Positions 55,450 to 64,000 of a DNA stretch of 64,000 nt are shown piece after piece. Position 1 is the first letter of the stretch, and the number at the start of each line of letters is the position of its first letter. The notes under the pieces were generated by a model, which did no database searches, had not been told where the DNA came from, and was given only the letters and a program-made list of their open reading frames with translations. A program made the position numbers and the translations under genes. Origin of the DNA: Monocercomonoides exilis PA203 (taxonomy: Eukaryota; Protista; Preaxostyla); assembly GCA_001643675.2 (NCBI GenBank), contig LSRY02000018.1, forward strand, positions 1,533,599 to 1,597,598. The letters run 5' to 3'.

Positions 55450-58400
55450 TCGATTTTATTGATATCTTTCTAAATCACTTTAGCTTTTCAATAGTACTGT
55501 GGTTGTGAATGAAGATCTTCAAGGAGAGTTTCTCTTTCGATCATCACGAACGTTTGTGTCAAAAGCATTGAGTCATATGTTCAGAGGAGAATAATGCTGC
55601 AACTGTAGAAAGATAGTGAGAACATAGCTGTTAAAAAATTATTTGTGAAAAACAACATTAAAATCTTTGCTGGAAAAAACTAATCGAATGAAGAGGAAAC
55701 TGCATTTTGATTGAAAGACTCACAATTGCCGGAAGTGAAATGTGAAGTGGTGGAGAATAAAAACAACAGCACAGCTGTTGCTGTCTATCAATAAAAATTT
55801 CAGAGGCTAACTGGAATAAAGATTTGAATGACATGAAGATAAATCACAAAAATACACAATATGAAATGAAAAAAGCAATGTGGAAAATATTATTGCGGTG
55901 TGATTTTTCAACTGAATGAAGATCATTCTTTTCCCGTGATGTTAATGCTTGAGTTTACAATCAGAATAATTCTCAGAAATTAAAGTATTTGAAATGTACT
56001 GCATATTGCTTGATTTGTGGGACAAGCCCAGAACAGTTGCGAATTCAGGTGTTGCACCAATGATCATTTCAATCTGAGGGGAAAGGCTGAAGGAGAGCTC
56101 GATGTTGATGGAGGAGATAGCGTGAATGTTATATAAACAAAAGTGTGATCTTATAATATTTTGTACGGAGCGAGAGAATTAGTGACTGTTGCTATTGAGC
56201 AATGAATCGATAGCACTGTGGAATGCCAAGTTCGCCTGAGGTCGAGGAAGCAGCAGCGACAGAAGGTAATCAGATGATAAGACAGGATATCTGTCAAACA
56301 CGTGGCTCATCAGAAATGACACTACAACACCTGCTGATGATGGACCGACAGGAGAGCGATTGAATAACCCCACGCTGGTTGTGGAGGAGACGAGGTTTGA
56401 AGGAGAAGTCAAATGGAACTTCTCCTGCTGCGCCAGCGATTCAGCTATGCACTTTGGAGCAGATGCCAATGAAGACCCTTTCAGTTGCTGCTCCTTTGGC
56501 AAAAACGCATTCAGCAAAAACAGACCATCCTGAGTAATTTTTGCCTTGCGATTTGTGAAACTTGCCTTTTCTGTATTTGACTTGGATGAAGAGAACACAG
56601 AAGCTGTTGTTTGTGCAATCCTCTCTGAAGACAATGATGTGCCCGCAGCAGACTCTGCCTGGTGAATGCTCCGCTGCGACAAGCTCTCGTCTGTGCGATC
56701 GACAGAAAGAGTGGGCGAAATGTGGAAGTTCGACGAGTTCTGCGCAGACGTCTCAATCACAGATGAAGTGGCAGCAGTCATCCTATTGTTGTTCGTTCAT
56801 CTTCCTTTGCTTCTGCTGGCTGCCCTAATATTTTGATTAACTTTCAATCCGCGCGGTGCAACAAGAGATGGAATGGTTCCGATATTGAAAGGCTGATGAT
56901 CGTCGACAGAAAGTTCAACAAACGGAGGAATCAGCATCTTCGCATCTTCAGCATCACGGATGACATGATTCCAGATGGAGTAAAACTGGAATGAGAAAAA
57001 GCTTCCATTTGAAAGTGTGAAGTTTCTTGAACACCCTATATTTTTGTTCTTATCTATCTGTTGTCTCAAAGCGGTGCAGCACTTCCTGGAACAGAGGCTC
57101 GAAGAGATGTCGATGGTGCTTGATGATCAGCTGGGAGATGTTTGATTTTATCTGGTGAGTAACAGCAGACGAAGAAGAGTGCAAAAGCGAAATGGCAGAG
57201 ATTTTGTCATTGTCGCTTTCAGACATCAAAGAAAAGAACACATGGAAGATGTTGACGAATCTTCATTGTTATCTTCTTCTTTTTTTCTTCACTTTTTTCG
57301 TTTGAGGCTCTTGATACGACACAACGAATATTCTCGTTTCTGTGGGCAATATTATTTGATGAGCGATGCAAAGACATTAGGCTATCATGAAAGTTTATAT
57401 GCACTTTGTTGCAATCATATGTTAGTTGAGCATCTGAATCAATATCATCGCATACTTCAATCTTTTGGTTTTTTGTTGCAGAAGATAAAACATCATCTCC
57501 ATAAAGCCTTCTTGTTGTCAGTCTCATTTTGCACACGATCTTCTTGCTGGAATTCAAATGCTGCTAAATCTTTTTCATGTTTTTGACATTGGCTGCCTCA
57601 ACAATAAGATCTCCATTTGGTTTAATGTTGTTTCTGATTGAAAACTCGTTCCGGCTCAAAACAGTCCGAGCTCTTTGCAGGCTCTTATCTTCAGACATTT
57701 CGAAGATTTGCCATCACTTTCATCCCATTCGTCGTCTTCTGCTTCCACTTCAAACACATCTTCATCGGGTGACTGCTCACGATCATCATAATATCCACAA
57801 TACGTCTTGACCCTTCGTCAATCTATTTCAGTTTTTATCTCTTTAATAAACTCCCTGCTGTTCTTCATCTGCACCTTCTGTGCTTTTTCTGCAGATAGCA
57901 TGCACGAATTACTTGCATTCAGGCTGTTTGAGTTGAGAGTCAAATGATCACATGGAAGAAACAGCAGATTTGTGACAGCATCAACAAAAGAATGGAAATG
58001 CCCGCCTTGAAAAGACTTCTTAAAAAGCGAATTCCATTTGCATTTTCCTGCTTTCCTTTAGTTTGCTTCATTGCTTTCTTCATTATCGTCAACATCATCG
58101 TTATCATCAGATTATTCAGCTTCTCTTTAAGTAGAACTCCACAATATTCCAAAAACACCTCTTTTCTCGCTTCCATCAATCAACCTCGCTATATCTGAAT
58201 CATTAAAAGATGAGATGTTAGTTGAAAACCTGTCGATATAAGCATTTTCTTGTTGTGGATTCAGATTGAAATCAGAATCAACCACCGAACTATTCTCCTT
58301 GTCTGTCTCATTCTCTTCCCGGTGAGCTAAATTGAAGCTTTGTCTGTTCAGCTCAATCCGGCTGGATGCGAATGATTCAATGAACGAGTCATTGGTGTCG

Positions 58401-59690
58401 ACTTGCATCGCTCTTCTCTTTGGAATGAGCTTCCACGAAAACTTCTGTTCCATCAAAGACGAACATTGTTAAGAGGAAGAAAGAGATGCACTGTGATTGG
58501 ATGAGGAAGATGCATCATTTACGAATTTGTTCACTCTTCTTTTAACTTACTGTTGAATATCATTCTAACTCACAATAACTGGTCTGCTCATCATATGCAA
58601 AATGCCATTCCAATATCAATGATCTCATGCTCCATTTCACATTTCTTCAACATCTTCTTTGTCTTCTCCTTCTTCCACTTTGTTTTCACATCCCTCTCTC
58701 TCCAATTCAAGGCATGTTACTCACCTGTGCAGCAACTTTGAATCCCTTTCCATTATTCTCTCATGTGGTTACCCCAGAAAAAAAAGAGCAAACAAAAGCA
58801 ACGAGAAAAACGAGATGTCTGTTGCATTCAACACGTTCGTCCTAAATGCAAGTTCTAACACAGCTTTGATGTGAGCAGGCACGATATTGCCGGAATCCGA
58901 GTTTAGCTTTTGTATTTATTTAAAGATGAGGATGAGTGACAAGGAATTGAGCGCAGACGGTACAACAGCAACATTTTACGATTTGAAGTGATAAAACTCG
59001 TCAGAACTTATGATAAAACTTTTCTTTTCACTTTGAAATTGTGTTGTTAATTCAAAGCGAAGAACATTGAGAAATAAATGTTCTCAAAAGCTGCTCAGAA
59101 AGAGAAAACACTTGCTTCTTTGTGAGAAGGGAAGAAGTTGATAACCTGCTGTTGACGCTTTGCACAAAAGAAGAAGAGTCTGAGGAAGTCGAGGTTCTTT
59201 CAAATTCTGTTGCCGAACTTGAAGAAAAACAAGAAGAATTAGAAAAGGTGTTCTCATTTCTTAGAAGTACTTGTGAATCAAAAAATAGATTGTTTGTTTG
59301 GATAAGTCACAAAAAACGGTGTTTATTATGTCATCAACAGAGTTGGAACAATTGCTTCGAAAAGCCTCTCAAATGAAAGGGAAGAGAAAGGGTTGAGACA
59401 GAAAAAGGAAAGGTTGCAGCCTGATCCAAAGAGAATGATGAGGAGAATAGAAAAAGCGCGAGGAGGAACAAATGTGGTGATGAGTGATGAGTTGAAGGAA
59501 GAGGATGTTTGGAGAAAGGAATGGAGGAAGAGGTGGAGAATAGGAGATGGAATGGTGAAATGTGTAGATCGAGTGGAAGAAGAAGAGGATGAGGATGAAA
59601 TTAAAGAAGACAACGAATTAGGCTGAGAAGATATTACAAGAATTTGCAGAAGGCATATTAGAAACTGCTGAATTACCACCACCGCTTCCA
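55450..59690 (-). pseudogene. Large multi-frameshift gene relic whose 5' side ends abruptly at a telomeric seed
   Basis: A chain of minus-strand coding-like ORFs (59326-59694, 58127-58456, 57219-57557, 56797-57069, 56179-56781) in changing frames. Confidence 0.55.
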
Positions 59691-59696
59691 TCAAAC

Positions 59697-59709
59697 TAGG
59701 TTAGGGTTA
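59697..59709 (+). repeat. Interstitial telomeric seed TAGGTTAGGGTTA
   Basis: Directly visible at the junction between the gene relic and AT-rich subtelomeric DNA. Confidence 0.7.
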
Positions 59710-60582
59710 AGCTTTTCGTTCGTTTAGTCTAGACGATTTTCATATATATATTAACCTAGACAATACATTCAAAACAAAGGGACAACTTTCATAGAAATAA
59801 ATATTTTGTTTGAAAATTTCACGATGATTGAATCAAAGTGTTTCAGAAATGTAGATTATATTAAGAGTTATTCAACAAAAAAATGTGTGTTGATATTGAA
59901 AATTTTTGACTAAAGTAGTTGGAAAAAAATGTTTGTTTTTTTGTCCAGTCATTTCTGGTCATTTCGAATTTTTTATTTTTTTCAATTTTTTTTCGATTCA
60001 GATCCAGTTTTTTGTGGTGAGATCGATTGTAATATGGATGATTCATCATTCTATTCACTTTTTATCGAACAATATGGACTTTTCATTTTTCATGAAAATT
60101 TTATGAGAAAATTTTCGGTCATTTTTTTGGATCAAAAAAAAATTGTATCTCGATGAAAAAAATTTTGCGAGACCTGAGACTTTACCAGCGTGTACTACAT
60201 GTAATTTGTGAATTTTTGAAGTCAGTGTCAAAAATTCGAAAATTTTGAAAAAATTGATTTTTTTCATTAGCCAAGTCATATGTCAGGTCAATGAGAAAAA
60301 AGTTGAAAATATCGATTTTTGTGAAAATTTTTATTGGAAGATGATATTTCACCAAAAGTTCGGATAATTCGCGAATAGTCAGCTGAATTTTTTTCTCGGG
60401 CCAGATTGGTCTGGTTAGTGAGAAAATGTCATATGAAGATTTTGACTGAAAAAGTGGTGATCTTAGATCAACGACCGAAAAATATGGGGTCTCAGATTCC
60501 TTTGATAATTGGCAGGTGGCAAGGACGTGGGCCCCTTATAAACATACTCGAATCTAAATTTTTTCTATCGAGCGGTTGTGGC

Positions 60583-60614
60583 AGGGTTAGGGTTAGGTTA
60601 GGTTAGGGTTAGGT
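60583..60614 (+). repeat. Interstitial telomeric tract (~5 units of TTAGGG/TTAGG)
   Basis: AGGGTTAGGGTTAGGTTAGGTTAGGGTTAGGT flanked by unique DNA. Confidence 0.9.
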
Positions 60615-60957
60615 CGTCCATATGACAAAATGTTGATCTCCCATTAGTCCCTCTTAACTTTCTTAAACAATATTTCGTGATTTGAACCCATTTGACTTCA
60701 TTTTAATATCACAAAGTGTTGTTATTTGTCAAGTTATTGATATTTTCCATAAATGTTGTTCAACATAGCTTGAATATCAACCTGTGTGATTGTTAATTGT
60801 TTGTATGTTCTCGTTTGCATGTGCTCAATCATATTTATTTTCATCGATCTTAATTAACTTTCATGATATCTTTCGAATTCTTGTTTGAAGAGTCAACCTG
60901 TTTGTTTTCATTTATCCAAATGAATGAAGTTTTAATGAAAAGGAAGATTTATCAATC

Positions 60958-61166
60958 TAGGTTAGGTTAGGGTTAGGTTAGGGTTAGGGTTAGGTTAGGT
61001 TAGGTTAGGTTAGGTTAGGGTTAGGGTTCAAACTAGGTTAGGGTTAGGGTTAGGGTTAGGGTTAGGGTTAGGGTTAGGGTTAGGGTTAGGTTAGGGTTAG
61101 GGTTAGGGTTAGGTTAGGGTTAGGGTTAGGGTTAGGTTAGGGTTAGGGTTAGGGTTAGGGTTAGGG

Positions 61167-61207
<41 letters not shown>

Positions 61208-64000
61208 GGTTAGGGTTAGGTTAGGTTAGGGTTAGGGGTTAGGGTTAGGGTTAGGGTTAGGTTAGGGTTAGGGTTAGGGTTAGGGTTAGGGTTAGGGTTA
61301 GGGTTAGGGTTAGGGTTAGGGTTAGGGTTAGGGTTAGGTTAGGTTAGGGTTAGGGTTAGGGTTAGGGTTAGGGTTAGGGTTAGGGTTAGGGTTAGGTTAG
61401 GGTTAGGGTTAGGGTTAGGGTTAGGGTTAGGGTTAGGGTTAGGGTTAGGGTTAGGGTTAGGGTTAGGGTTAGGGTTAGGGTTAGGGTTAGGGTTAGGGTT
61501 AGGGTTAGGGTTAGGGTTAGGGTTAGGGTTAGGGTTAGGGTTAGGGTTAGGGTTAGGTTAGGGTTAGGGTTAGGGTTAGGGTTAGGGTTAGGGTTAGGGT
61601 TAGGGTTAGGGTTAGGGTTAGGGTTAGGGTTAGGTTAGGGTTAGGGTTAGGGTTAGGGTTAGGGTTAGGGTTAGGGTTAGGGTTAGGGTTAGGGTTAGGG
61701 TTAGGGTTAGGGTTAGGGTTAGGGTTAGGGTTAGGGTTAGGGTTAGGGTTAGGGTTAGGGTTAGGGTTAGGGTTAGGGTTAGGGTTAGGTTAGGGTTCAG
61801 ATTAGGGTTAGGGTTAGGTTAGGGTTAGGGTTAGGGTTAGGGTTAGGGTTAGGGTTAGGGTTAGGGTTAGGGTTAGGGTTAGGTTAGGTTAGGGTTAGGG
61901 TTAGGGTTAGGGTTAGGGTTAGGGTTAGGGTTAGGGTTAGGGTTAGGGTTAGGGTTAGGGTTAGGTTAGGGTTAGGGTTAGGGTTAGGGTTAGGGTTAGG
62001 GTTAGGGTTAGGGTTAGGTTAGGGTTAGGGTTAGGGTTAGGGTTAGGGTTAGGGTTAGGGTTAGGGTTAGGGTTAGGGTTAGGGTTAGGGTTAGGGTTAG
62101 GGTTAGGGTTAGGGTTAGGGTTAGGGTTAGGTTAGGGTTAGGGTTAGGGTTAGGGTTAGGGTTAGGGTTAGGGTTAGGGTTAGGGTTAGGGTTAGGGTTA
62201 GGGTTAGGGTTAGGGTTAGGGTTAGGGTTAGGGTTAGGGTTAGGGTTAGGGTTAGGGTTAGGGTTAGGGTTAGGGTTAGGGTTAGGGTTAGGGTTAGGGT
62301 TAGGGTTAGGGTTAGGGTTAGGGTTAGGGTTAGGGTTAGGGTTAGGGTTAGGGTTAGGGTTAGGGTTAGGGTTAGGGTTAGGGTTAGGGTTAGGGTTAGG
62401 GTTAGGGTTAGGGTTAGGGTTAGGTTAGGGTTAGGGTTAGGGTTAGGGTTAGGGTTAGGGTTAGGGTTAGGGTTAGGTTAGGGTTAGGGTTAGGGTTAGG
62501 GTTAGGGTTAGGGTTAGGGTTAGGGTTAGGGTTAGGGTTAGGGTTAGGGTTAGGGTTAGGGTTAGGGTTAGGGTTAGGGTTAGGGTTAGGGTTAGGGTTA
62601 GGGTTAGGGTTAGGGTTAGGGTTAGGGTTAGGGTTAGGGTTAGGGTTAGGGTTAGGGTTAGGGTTAGGGTTAGGGTTAGGGTTAGGGTTAGGGTTAGGTT
62701 AGGGTTAGGGTTAGGGTTAGGGTTAGGGTTAGGTTAGGGTTAGGGTTAGGGTTAGGGTTAGGGTTAGGGTTAGGGTTAGGGTTAGGGTTAGGTTAGGGTT
62801 AGGGTTAGGGTTAGGGTTAGGGTTAGGTTAGGGTTAGGGTTAGGGTTAGGGTTAGGTTAGGGTTAGGGTTAGGGTTAGGGTTAGGGTTAGGGTTAGGGTT
62901 AGGGTTAGGGTTAGGGTTAGGGTTAGGGTTAGGGTTAGGTTAGGGTTAGGGTTAGGGTTAGGGTTAGGGTTAGGGTTAGGGTTAGGGTTAGGGTTAGGGT
63001 TAGGGTTAGGGTTAGGGTTAGGGTTAGGGTTAGGGTTAGGGTTAGGGTTAGGGTTAGGGTTAGGGTTAGGGTTAGGGTTAGGGGTTAGGTTAGGTTAGGG
63101 TTAGGGTTAGGGTTAGGGTTAGGGTTAGGGTTAGGGTTAGGGTTAGGGTTAGGGTTAGGGTTAGGGTTAGGGTTAGGGTTAGGTTAGGGTTAGGGTTAGG
63201 TTAGGGTTAGGGTTAGGGTTAGGGTTAGGGTTAGGGTTAGGGTTAGGGTTAGGTTAGGGTTAGGGTTAGGGTTAGGGTTAGGGTTAGGGTTAGGGTTAGG
63301 TTAGGGTTAGGGTTAGGGTTAGGGTTAGGGTTAGGGGTTAGGTTAGGGTTAGGTTAGGTTAGGGTTAGGGTTAGGGTTAGGGTTAGGGTTAGGGTTAGGG
63401 TTAGGGTTAGGGTTAGGGTTAGGGTTAGGGTTAGGGTTAGGGTTAGGGGTTAGGGTTAGGGTTAGGTTAGGGTTAGGGTTAGGTTAGGTTAGGTTAGGTT
63501 AGGTTAGGGTTAGGGTTAGGGTTAGGGTTAGGGTTAGGTTAGGGTTAGGTTAGGGTTAGGGTTAGGGTTAGGTTAGGGTTAGGGTTAGGTTAGGGTTAGG
63601 GTTAGGTTAGGGTTAGGGTTAGGGTTAGGGTTAGGTTAGGGTTAGGGTTAGGGTTAGGTTAGGGTTAGAAGTTAAGCTAGGTTAGGTTAGGGTTAGGGTT
63701 AGGTTAGGGTTAGGGTTAGGGTTAGGGTTAGGTTAGGGTTAGGGTTAGGTTAGGGTTAGGTTAGGGTTAGGGTTAGGGTTAGGGTTAGGTTAGGGTTAGG
63801 GGTTAGGTTAGGTTAGGTTAGGGTTAGGGTTAGGGTTAGGGTTAGGGTTAGGGTTAGGGTTAGGGTTAGGTTAGGTTAGGGTTGCAGGGTTAGGGTTAGG
63901 TTTGGGGTTAGGAGTTAGGGGGTTGGGGTTGGGTTGGGTTCAAGCCTGGGATTTTAAGTAGGTTAAGGTTAGGGTTAGGGTTGAGGTTAGGGTTAGGGTT
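60958..64000 (+). repeat. Telomere: (TTAGGG)n with interspersed TTAGG and rare TTAGGGG units
   Basis: About 3-kb array with the G-rich strand running 5'->3' toward the window end. Confidence 0.98.

Noticed and set aside
63660-64000. Irregular sequence in the distal telomere
   Set aside because: Most likely low-coverage read-end errors.

Overview
This is the right end of a eukaryotic chromosome: an AT-rich, intron-containing protist sequence ending in about 3 kb of (TTAGGG)n. Gene content (ADP-forming acetyl-CoA synthetase, flagellar genes, TmcB/C-like and beta-helix surface families) points to an anaerobic flagellate, most likely an oxymonad such as Monocercomonoides. That assignment is inference. 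The standard genetic code applies, since intact genes end in TAA. The window falls into five zones. (i) 1-3.1 kb: the 5' end of a DIRS-type retrotransposon, a foldback palindrome with perfect 338-bp arms, and a MITE. (ii) 3.4-24.6 kb: intact genes, namely a TmcB/C-like membrane protein with a degenerate hemerythrin tail, RPL35A, RIIAD1-like, ADP-forming ACS, Flattop/CFAP126-like, a large low-complexity protein, deoxyhypusine synthase and a lineage-expanded helical protein. (iii) 25.6-59.7 kb: decayed subtelomeric genes (ARF, beta-helix surface proteins, ABCC). Only two long genes here look intact and both are mobile-element enzymes: a complete Merlin/IS1595-type transposon (TIRs plus 8-bp TSD) and a >1170-aa tyrosine recombinase fused to an AT-hook and a C-terminal Myb/SANT domain. 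(iv) 59.7-61 kb: unique DNA blocks interleaved with short telomeric seeds. (v) The telomere. The best candidate for an undescribed system is the stand-alone YR-AT-hook-Myb gene in an AT-rich block of relic genes about 8 kb from the telomere.
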